Source: Eledone cirrhosa (Eukaryota). Taken from it: a stretch of 64,000 bases of DNA. Shown here piece by piece: positions 53,693 through 64,000 of this stretch. The DNA lies in the NCBI GenBank assembly GCA_964016885.1, contig OZ024750.1, positions 24,862,001-24,926,000 of the forward strand, written 5' to 3'. The translations under genes were made by a program, and so were the position numbers. Position 1 is the stretch's first letter; every line of letters starts with the position of its first letter. The notes under the pieces are model-generated. The model made no database searches, was not told the DNA's origin, and worked only from the letters and a program-made list of their open reading frames with translations.

Positions 53693-54056
53693 TTTTCTGA
53701 ATTAGTTATAGGCTGCAAAGTGTCTGTCCAAGAATATAACACATGTCAACTAGCAACAGTCATAGAGAGATATATGGAACCACGTAGCTACATCATCAGA
53801 ATGGACGACAGAAGACTAATCAGACACAACAGGCAACACCTGCGGGAGCTATAAAGGCCACAGGAACAGGTGACATTCAGTTTACCGACCCAACAGATGA
53901 CCAGAGGCAATGAACCCTCAGCATCAGCCTTGATAAACGTTAGTGCTCTAGGTCAGTATGTCCAGCTCACACTGCCACATGTCCATACAGACCAGCCACC
54001 AGCAACATTGGGCCGCTCTGTGAGAATAAAAAAATCCCCAGTAAAGCTTAAAGGAC

Positions 54057-54059
<3 letters not shown>
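53693..54059 (+). pseudogene. Ty3/Gypsy integrase C-terminal remnant
   Basis: One frame with a single stop: FSELVIGCKVSVQEYNTCQLATVIERYMEPRSYIIRMDDRRLIRHNRQHLREL*...GRSVRIKKSPVKLKGL. Matches the PRSY...RRNRRHL and RRSxRxxKxPxxL motifs of Gypsy integrase tails. Confidence 0.7.
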
Positions 54060-54102
<43 letters not shown>

Positions 54103-54105
<3 letters not shown>

Positions 54106-54430
54106 CTCCGATGGATGTGTAATAGTAATATACACGAACGGCAAAGCATAAACGAATTGAGAGGGAGACTGAGCATAAGAGGAATCAAATGCTGTGTGGA
54201 GGAGAGGAGGTTGCGTTGGTATGGACATGTGATGCGTATGAAGGATGACAGCTGCATAAAAAGGTGCAGAGCACTAGAAGTCGATGGAAGCCGCAGAGTG
54301 CGAAGATCCAAAAAGACCTGGGATGAGGTGATAAAAGCCGATTGCTTCTGACAGGACCCGCTGGAGGGAGTGTTTGAGGACTCTGCCCCCACGACCCTCT
54401 CAGGAATAAGTGTGCAAAGAAGAAGAGAAG
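54103..54430 (+). mobile_element. RTE LINE fragment with the 3' end of a second RTE family
   Basis: LRWMCNSNIHERQSINELRGRLSIRGIKCCVEERRLRWYGHVMRMKDD matches the 61854 ORF; 54345-54425 matches the reverse complement of ~50976-51062. Confidence 0.8.
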
Positions 54431-54561
54431 AGGAAGTTTTCTCCAACCAGATGTCTTTCCAAGTGTCAAACCATATTAAACGAAAGACTTTATATGATGA
54501 AAACTGGATGATACTTAGAAATTTGTTAAAAAAAAAAAAAAAAATGAACAAATCAACTTAC

Positions 54562-54682
54562 TTGCGTCTCTCCTGCCAGACAACATCATACGAGGATTGT
54601 AACAGGCTTTAGATGGTGTAAATTCAATGGGTCGATCAACTGGATCAAGAGGACGAACAATTGGCAATGGTCCACCGTGAAA
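54562..54682 (-). CDS. ACC: Acetyl-CoA carboxylase exon
   Basis: [40 protein letters not shown](N); 121 nt. Confidence 0.94.
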
Positions 54683-54713
54683 CTAAAGAAAATAATAACA
54701 GTATATTAATCCA

Positions 54714-57700
54714 TTTGTCACTATACACTATCTCTTTGTCACTATACACTATCTGTTTGTCTCAATTTTGTCTCTATACACTATCTCTTTGTCTCAATTT
54801 TGTCTCTATACACTATCTCTTTGTCTCAATTTTGTCTCTATACACTATCTCTTTGTCTCAATTTTGTCTCTATACACTATCTCTTTGTCTCAATTTTGTC
54901 ACTATACACTATCTGTTTGTCTCAATTTTGTCAATATACACTATCTATCTGTTTGTCTCAATTTTGTCACTATACACTATCTGTTTGTCTCAATTTTGTC
55001 TCTATACACTATCTGTTTGTCTCAATTTTGTCTCTATACACTATCTGTGTCTCAATTTTGTCACTATACACTATCTGTTTGTCTCAATTTTGTCTCTATA
55101 CACTATCTGTTTGTCTCAATTTTGTCACTATACACTATCTGTTTGTCTCAATTTTGTCACTATACACTATCTGTTTGTCTCAATTTTGTCTCTATACATT
55201 ATCTGTTTGTCTCAATTTTGTCACTATACACTATCTGTTTGTCTCAATTTTGTCACTATACACTATCTGTTTGTCTCAATTTTGTCACTATACACTATCT
55301 GTTTGTCTCAATTTTGTCACTATACACTATCTCTTTGTCTCAATTTTGTCACTATACACTATCTGTTTGTCTCAATTTTGTCACTATACACTATCTGTTT
55401 GTCTCAATTTTGTCACTATACACTATCTCTTTGTCTCAATTTTGTCACTATACACTATCTGTTTGTCTCAATTTTGTCTCTATACACTATCTGTTTGTCT
55501 CAATTTTGTCACTATACACTATCTCTTTGTCTCAATTTTGTCACTATACACTATCTGTTTGTCTCAATTTTGTCTCTATACACTATCTGTTTGTCTCAAT
55601 TTTGTCACTATACACTATCTCTTTGTCTCAATTTTGTCACTATACACTATCTGTTTGTCTCAATTTTGTCTCTATACACTATCTGTTTGTCTCAATTTTG
55701 TCACTATACACTATCTGTGTCTCAATTTTGTCACTATACACTATCTGTTTGTCTCAATTTTGTCTCTATACACTATCTGTTTGTCTCAATTTTGTCACTA
55801 TACACTATCTCTTTGTCTCAATTTTGTCACTATACACTATCTGTTTGTCTCAATTTTGTCACTAAACACTATCTCTTTGTCTCAATTTTGTCTCTATACA
55901 CTATCTCTTTGTCTCAATTTTGTCAATATACACTATCTGTTTGTCTCAATTTTGTCTCTATACACTATCTGTTTGTCTCAATTTTGTCTCTATACACTAT
56001 CTGTTTGTCTCAATTTTGTCACTATACACTATCTGTTTGTCTCAATTTTGTCTCTATACACTATCTGTTTGTCTCAATTTTGTCACTATACACTATCTCT
56101 TTGTCTCTATACACTATCTCTTTGTCTCAATTTTGTCAATATACACTATCTGTTTGTCTCAATTTTGTCTCTATACATTATCTGTTTGTCTCAATTTTGT
56201 CACTATACACTATCTGTTTGTCTCAATTTTGTCACTATACACTATCTGTTTGTCTCAATTTTGTCACTATACACTATCTCTTTGTCTCAATTTTGTCACT
56301 ATACACTATCTGTTTGTCTCAATTTTGTCACTATACACTATCTGTTTGTCTCAATTTTGTCACTATACACTATCTGTTTGTCTCAATTTTGTCACTATAC
56401 ACTATCTGTTTGTCTCAATTTTGTCACTATACACTATCTGTTTGTCTCAATTTTGTCACTATACACTATCTGTTTGTCTCAATTTTGTCACTATACACTA
56501 TCTGTTTGTCTCAATTTTTTCAATATACACTATCTGTGTCTCAATTTTGTCACTATACACTATCTGTTTGTCTCAATTTTGTCTCTATACACTATCTCTT
56601 TGTCTCAATTTTGTCAATATACACTATCTGTTTGTCTCAATTTTGTCTCTATACATTATCTGTTTGTCTCAATTTTGTCACTATACACTATCTGTTTGTC
56701 TCAATTTTGTCACTATACACTATCTGTTTGTCTCAATTTTGTCACTATACACTATCTCTTTGTCTCAATTTTGTCACTATACACTATCTGTTTGTCTCAA
56801 TTTTGTCACTATACACTATCTGTTTGTCTCAATTTTGTCACTATACACTATCTGTTTGTCTCAATTTTGTCACTATACACTATCTGTTTGTCTCAATTTT
56901 GTCACTATACACTATCTGTTTGTCTCAATTTTGTCACTATACACTATCTGTTTGTCTCAATTTTGTCAATATACACTATCTGTGTCTCAATTTTGTCACT
57001 ATACACTATCTGTTTGTCTCAATTTTGTCTCTATACACTATCTGTTTGTCTCAATTTTGTCACTATACACTATCTCTTTGTCTCAATTTTGCCACTATAC
57101 ACTATCTGTTTGTCTCAATTTTGTCAATATACACTATCTGTTTGTCTCAATTTTGTCAATATACACTATCTGTGTCTCAATTTTGTCACTATACACTAAC
57201 TGTTTGTCTCAATTTTGTCTCTATACACTATCTGTTTGTCTCAATTTTGTCACTATACACTATCTCTTTGTCACTATACACTATCTGTTTGTCTCAATTT
57301 TGTCTCTATACACTATCTGTTTGTCTCAATTTTGTCACTATACACTATCTCTTTGTCTCAATTTTGTCACTATACACTATCTGTTTGTCTCAATTTTGTC
57401 ACTAAACACTATCTCTTTGTCTCAATTTTGTCTCTATACACTATCTCTTTGTCTCAATTTTGTCAATATACACTATCTGTTTGTCTCAATTTTGTCTCTA
57501 TACACTATCTGTTTGTCTCAATTTTGTCTCTATACACTATCTGTTTGTCTCAATTTTGTCACTATACACTATCTGTTTGTCTCAATTTTGTCTCTATACA
57601 CTATCTGTTTGTCTCAATTTTGTCACTATACACTATCTCTTTGTCTCTATACACTATCTCTTTGTCTCAATTTTGTCAATATACACTATCTGTTTGTCTC

Positions 57701-59837
57701 AATTTTGTCTCTATACATTATCTGTTTGTCTCAATTTTGTCACTATACACTATCTGTTTGTCTCAATTTTGTCACTATACACTATCTGTTTGTCTCAATT
57801 TTGTCACTATACACTATCTCTTTGTCTCAATTTTGTCACTATACACTATCTGTTTGTCTCAATTTTGTCACTATACACTATCTGTTTGTCTCAATTTTGT
57901 CACTATACACTATCTGTTTGTCTCAATTTTGTCACTATACACTATCTGTTTGTCTCAATTTTGTCACTATACACTATCTGTTTGTCTCAATTTTGTCACT
58001 ATACACTATCTGTTTGTCTCAATTTTGTCACTATACACTATCTGTTTGTCTCAATTTTTTCAATATACACTATCTGTGTCTCAATTTTGTCACTATACAC
58101 TATCTGTTTGTCTCAATTTTGTCTCTATACACTATCTCTTTGTCTCAATTTTGTCAATATACACTATCTGTTTGTCTCAATTTTGTCTCTATACATTATC
58201 TGTTTGTCTCAATTTTGTCACTATACACTATCTGTTTGTCTCAATTTTGTCACTATACACTATCTGTTTGTCTCAATTTTGTCACTATACACTATCTCTT
58301 TGTCTCAATTTTGTCACTATACACTATCTGTTTGTCTCAATTTTGTCACTATACACTATCTGTTTGTCTCAATTTTGTCACTATACACTATCTGTTTGTC
58401 TCAATTTTGTCACTATACACTATCTGTTTGTCTCAATTTTGTCACTATACACTATCTGTTTGTCTCAATTTTGTCACTATACACTATCTGTTTGTCTCAA
58501 TTTTGTCAATATACACTATCTGTGTCTCAATTTTGTCACTATACACTATCTGTTTGTCTCAATTTTGTCTCTATACACTATCTGTTTGTCTCAATTTTGT
58601 CACTATACACTATCTCTTTGTCTCAATTTTGCCACTATACACTATCTGTTTGTCTCAATTTTGTCAATATACACTATCTGTTTGTCTCAATTTTGTCAAT
58701 ATACACTATCTGTGTCTCAATTTTGTCACTATACACTATCTGTTTGTCTCAATTTTGTCTCTATACACTATCTGTTTGTCTCAATTTTGTCACTATACAC
58801 TATCTCTTTGTCTCTATACACTATCTCTTTGTCTCAATTTTGTCTCTATACACTATCTGTTTGTCTCAATTTTGTCACTATACACTATCTCTTTGTCTCT
58901 ATACACTATCTCTTTGTCTCAATTTTGTCAATATACACTATCTGTTTGTCTCAATTTTGTCTCTATACACTATCTCTTTGTCTCAATTTTGTCAATATAC
59001 ACTATCTGTTTGTCTCAATTTTGTCTCTATACACTATCTGTTTGTCTCAATTTTGTCACTATACACTATCTCTTTGTCTCAATTTTGTCACTATACACTA
59101 TCTCTTTGTCTCAATTTTGTCATTATACACTATCTGTTTGTCTCAATTTTGTCATTATACACTATCTGTTTGTCTCAATTTTGTCACTATACACTATCTG
59201 TTTGTCTCAATTTTGTCACTATACACTATCTGTTTGTCTCAATTTTGTCACTATACACTATCTGTTTGTCTCAATTTTGTCACTATACACTATCTGTTTG
59301 TCTCAATTTTGTCACTATACACTATCTGTTTGTCTCAATTTTGTCACTATACACTATCTGTTTGTCTCAATTTTGTCTCTATACACTATCTGTTTGTCTC
59401 AATTTTGTCAATATACACTATCTGTGTCTCAATTTTATCTCTATACACTATCTGTTTGTCTCAATTTTGTCAATATACACTATCTGTGTCTCAATTTTGT
59501 CACTATACACTATCTGTTTGTCTCAATTTTGTCTCTATACACTATCTGTTTGTCTCAATTTTGTCACTATACACTATCTGTTTGTCTCAATTTTGTCTCT
59601 ATACACTATCTGTTTGTCTCAATTTTGTCAATATACACTATCTGTGTTTCAATTTTGTCACTATACACTATCTGTTTGTCTCAATTTTGTCTCTATACAC
59701 TATCTGTTTGTCTCAATTTTGTCACTATACACTATCTGTTTGTTTCAATTTTTTCACTATACACTATCTGTTTGTCTCAATTTTGTCACTATACACTATC
59801 TGTTTGTCTCAATTTTGTCACTATACACTATCTGTGT
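54714..59837. repeat. 32-bp minisatellite filling almost an entire ACC intron
   Basis: tatacactatctgtttgtctcaattttgtcac; 1540-bp higher-order duplication (marker actaaacact at 55861 and 57401). Confidence 0.97.
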
Positions 59838-59894
59838 ATTGATATATATTTTAGAAAATATAAACATGTATTATTATAAACAATATTGATTTAC

Positions 59895-60038
59895 CTTAGG
59901 CATGTAAGAGAGCCATTTTAATATTTTGTAAACTCCTTCAAAATCATCTGAGGCCACATCATGAGAGACGCCATTATTATGCATAATCTGTATTCCACCC
60001 AACTGAGTATTACTTGTATATACTTCTCGGCCAAGTAC
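59895..60038 (-). CDS. ACC: Acetyl-CoA carboxylase exon
   Basis: [48 protein letters not shown]; 144 nt. Confidence 0.97.
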
Positions 60039-60138
60039 CTGTAAAATAACAAATGAAAGTTTGAAAGGATACCTTTAATAGGTAACAGTATGTAAGGTCT
60101 GCTTGACTAAAATACAACAATATAGAACAATGGCTTAC

Positions 60139-60249
60139 TTTGTTAAGAGCACCAGCACCAGTCAAAATGATATGAGAGTTCTCTACTTGAATAATTCTTT
60201 GGCCAAGTCTCACAAGATAAGCACCAATACCAATAGCTCGGCAAGTCAC
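60139..60249 (-). CDS. ACC: Acetyl-CoA carboxylase exon
   Basis: [37 protein letters not shown]; 111 nt; canonical splice sites. Confidence 0.97.
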
Positions 60250-61366
60250 CTGAAAAGATACAACAGAATACACTGCAGAACTAATGAGATTTTCAGCACT
60301 TACACCAGAAATATGAAAAAACAAATTTTAGTTATCAAGTATGATAGAGCAAGACAACAATAAAAGAGATAGATACATTGATGACTCATGTTTCAGTTGT
60401 ATTAGACCTCCTCAGGAAAGTATAATGTATTTTTAAGAATAAACAGAGTTAGCATAGTCTAACTTTAATCGTTAGACTATGCTAACAGTTAGACAACAAA
60501 AGTATACAGTTGTTGTCATGTTGCTAAATACCAAACTCACCATCGTATCTCATAAATAATTAAAATTTTCGAATTTTGATATTTGAAATGTTTTAAGTGT
60601 GGTTTAGAGATTCTAGTTTTTGTATCACAATTCCATTAGGTAATGATTTTTTACCTATTTCCGACCATTTTGAAGGTTGTATTCATTCAACACATATCAA
60701 AAACAATAAGAAATACAAAATTATATGTCAATATTGAAACTGGTATAATATTCACCCACAAAGGGAAAATATTTTAGCATATCATTTATGTAGAATTTTG
60801 AAGTTGATGAAAACTGGCAAAATATTGACTTTGAATATAAGCCAACCCCACTATTTTACCATCATTTTTTTGTGACATATTTCTCAGCTTATATATGAGT
60901 ATGTATGGTATATATTTTACAATATAATGTTATGTAGTAAATATATCTTGGTGATGTACCAATATTTTACAATATATTCAATCGGCACATATATAATAGC
61001 CCCACCCGTAACAAAAATTGGCTTTTGCCAAGTTAGATAAGACGAAGATTAACAATTTAGCATTCACATTACTCTATATATACTATTATATTTTCATGGT
61101 AAAGGCTTTATCTCACATAATATCGAATCTATGAGATCTTGAAAGTATTTATTTTGAGAACAATACCTTAACATCAGTTTGAGCGACCAGTTACAGCCAG
61201 TTCCAACAGAAAGGGGTAGAGAATTCTGGCCGGTTTGGGCCGGTTTGAACATTAAAGGGTTAAAGGTGATTATGTGGGGTAGCAATGAATACATAGTTGA
61301 AGAAATGGAACCTTACCATTATTATATTAATCAGAACTGTTAAGTATAAGAGAGAAGAAAACTTAC

Positions 61367-61464
61367 CAAACTTATTGTAACTATTTCATCATAAGCTTGA
61401 GATGTCTCGCCTGCAATCATACCAGAACCTCTTAAGTTTTCAACACCAATTCCATCTTCTTTAC
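61367..61464 (-). CDS. ACC: Acetyl-CoA carboxylase exon
   Basis: (G)[32 protein letters not shown]; 98 nt; phases fit both neighbours. Confidence 0.96.
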
Positions 61465-61619
61465 CTGGATCAGAAAATATTTTTAAATTAATTCAAACGA
61501 GAAAAAACAAACAAATATTAAGAAATATTTCATTGTCAATATTACCTCAGAGTATATGTGAGTGTATATACATATATATATATATACATACCACATATTA
61601 TCAACATTACCTCAGTATA

Positions 61620-61758
61620 TATATTTGAAAAAAGGAAAAGAATGACTTCACTTGTAGTTCTAAACAATTTGATTTAATTTTATAATAATATATTATAAAA
61701 TTAAATCAAATTGTTTAGAACTACAAGTGAAGTCATTCTTTTCCTTTTTTCAAATATA
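61620..61758. repeat. Perfect palindrome (68-bp arms, 3-nt loop)
   Basis: tatatttgaaaaaagg...ttttataata-ata-tattataaaa...ccttttttcaaatata. Confidence 0.95.
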
Positions 61759-61853
61759 CCTAACTGTACCAAGGATTTCACACATTTTCCAATATATATA
61801 TATACACCACATGTTGTCAACATTAACTCAGTATATATATATATATATATACC

Positions 61854-63470
61854 GACTTGGAGAAAGCCTTCGACAGAGTCCCCCGTTCCATTATCTGGTG
61901 GGCTCTTAGAAAACTAGGTGTTGATGAATGGCTTGTGAGAGCTATACAAGCCATGTATAAAGAAACAGTCAGCAAGGTTAGAATTAACAACGAATATAGT
62001 GAAGAGTTTAGCGTAAAAGTTGGTGTTCATCAGGGCTCTGTTCTTAGCCCCCTACTATTTATTATTGCCCTTCAGGCTATAACAGTGGAGTTCAAGACCA
62101 GCTGCCCATGGGAACTCCTATACGCAGATGATCTAACGTTCATAGCTGAATCAATGGCCGAGCTAGAGAAGAAATTCCAAACATGGAAGCACGGCCTAGA
62201 ATCAAAAGGCCTTAAAATTAACCTGGCTAAAACTAAAGTTCTAGTTTGTAAGAAAGAAAATAAGGCGGCGGTCCCCTCCGGGAAGTGGCCATGCTCAGTG
62301 TGTAGGAAAGGCGTAGGTAGAAACTCCATTTTGTGTCCCAAATGCAAAGTATGGGTGCATAAAAGATGTAGTGGGATCACAGGTAAGCTAACTAAGAACA
62401 TAGATTTTACATGTGGCCGGTGCTCTGGGGCAATAAGTAGCAGCAAGTGCCCACAGAATACTAGCTCTTTCAACTGCGCAGAGGGTTCTATAGAAATAGT
62501 GGACAGCTTCTGTTACCTGGGTGACAAAATCAGCAGTGGGGGAGGGTGCTCTGAAAGTACAGTAGCTAGAGTCAGAACTGGATGGAAAAAGTTCAGAGAG
62601 CTTATACCGCTATTAGCCGCTAAAGGGTTCTCCCTAAAAATGAAAGGCAGGTTGTATGATGCCTGCATACGAACAGCAATGTTGCATGGCAGTGATACCT
62701 GGGCATTGTGTGCAGAGGATATAAGCAGACTAGAGAGAAACGAAGCTTGCATGCTCCGCTGGATGTGTAATAGTAATATACGTGAACGGCAAAGCATAAA
62801 CGAACTAAGGAAAAAATTAGAAATAAGAGGGATCAGATGTTGTTTACTCGAGAGAAGGCTACGTTGGTATGATCACGTGATGCGCATGAAGGACGATAGC
62901 TGTATAACAAAGTGCAGTGCAATAAAGATAGACGGTAGCCACGGAATAGGCAGACCCAGAAAAACCTGGGACGAGCTGATAAATTCCGGCCTCACACACT
63001 TACACCTCACCAAGACAATGTCACTGGACCGAGACCTTTGGCGGTACTCAGTAATAGAGAAGACTCGCCTTACCTAAGTACAAAGTAAAACCTACTACAG
63101 TCAGTAGGCATCTCTAACAAAATACACCCCCGTCCCACCACCCCCACCCCATCCACACCGCCCCTTTCAATGTAAAGTTATGTTGGTGCCACAACATCCA
63201 GGCCGAAACAAATGAGATCGTGTAGGTGTCACGTCAAAAAAACACACAGTTCACGCTGTAATGTGGCCGTGTAGGCAACACGGTAAAAACCTCCCAGCCC
63301 CACACTGTAAATGTGGTTGGTTTTAGGAAGGGCATCCAGCTGTAGAAAACCCGCCAGATAGTCCTATGCGAGCAAGATAACCACTCTTGCCTCAAGTGGG
63401 AAAACCCCCGTCCAAACCCATGCAAGCGTGGAACACGGACGTTAAACGATGATGATGATGATGATGATGA
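61854..63470 (+). mobile_element. 5'-truncated RTE-clade LINE (RT C-terminal part, uninterrupted ORF to 63077, 3' UTR and (GAT)n tail), antisense in an ACC intron
   Basis: DLEKAFDRV, GVHQGSVLSPLLF, LLYADDL, GLKINLAKTKV, FCYLG, RRLRWYDHVMRM, GRPRKTW. Begins in a (TA)n tract and ends in (GAT)n. Confidence 0.93.
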
Positions 63471-63564
63471 CCACATATTATTTATTTAATAATTACTGCG
63501 GTGTCTAATTAATAATTCCATAAAAGGCAAACATTAATAACAGCATCAGTAAGCTGGGTTTTAC

Positions 63565-63685
63565 CTATGACATCTGTAATCTTATAACGAGCCTCTCCAT
63601 CATCATCTATCAGTTCAGCACGGACAGAATTGGCAGCACTAACTTTCTTGAAATCATCAGGTCGAAGATAGAGATATTTGAAACC
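63565..63685 (-). CDS. ACC: Acetyl-CoA carboxylase exon (first in window; gene continues beyond the window end)
   Basis: [40 protein letters not shown](G); AG/GT bounded, 121 nt; matches the ACC carboxyltransferase domain. Confidence 0.95.
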
Positions 63686-63837
63686 CTAAAGACAAATGAT
63701 AAACAGAATCATACAATATAATGTTAAATAAATATTCAACAAATAAAGAGAAAAATATATAAAAGTTAAAAGACTGTGCTATATCTTGTGAAATACAAAT
63801 CAGTTTTTTCACAGAAACTCATTGATTTTCCAAAGTA

Positions 63838-64000
63838 TCATCATCATCATTTCATTTTACGCCCGCTTCTTCCCTGCTTGCAAGGGTGGGATGGGAACTG
63901 ATTCTGGCTTGAATTCTACAGCTGGATGCCCTTCCTAACACCAACCTCATTTACAGTGAGTGCTGGGTGCTTTTTTGCCGTGGCACCTCCACGACCACTT
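63838..64000 (-). mobile_element. SINE family A, 3' part (runs off the window)
   Basis: Matches ~22040-22204. Confidence 0.8.

Noticed and set aside
54661-59889. 800-1300-aa hydrophobic ORFs
   Set aside because: Stop-free 32-bp repeat read in all three + frames inside an ACC intron.
60448-60486. 16-bp stem hairpin gttagcatagtctaac/gttagactatgctaac
   Set aside because: Real but isolated; no element boundaries or function assignable.

Overview
AT-rich, repeat-dense animal genomic DNA. The SINE/RTE/(TA)n landscape suggests a coleoid cephalopod such as Octopus, but that is inference. There are two protein-coding genes arranged tail-to-tail. On the + strand is an inward-rectifier K+ channel (main exon 30284-31467, probable short first exon 24397-24457) with unusual pore and G-loop residues. 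On the - strand are the last 13 coding exons of acetyl-CoA carboxylase (63685 to 39923, carboxyltransferase domain; all GT-AG and phase-consistent). Almost all giant ORFs in the track are translated minisatellites. Mobile DNA includes a 5'-truncated RTE LINE with a PHD-type finger inside its RT, further RTE/CR1/Gypsy remnants, two SINE families, and piggyBac-, hAT- and Tigger-type MITEs. The most interesting signal is a set of short inserts in or beside (TA)n tracts, several forming long fold-back hairpins. They carry minimal type I hammerhead ribozyme motifs of several unrelated sequence families, one with a U3-A8 core covariation and a palindromic stem III, consistent with Penelope-like/retrozyme remnants. 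Also notable is a 3.8-kb minisatellite amplified from an ACC exon/donor junction whose units have lost the GT.
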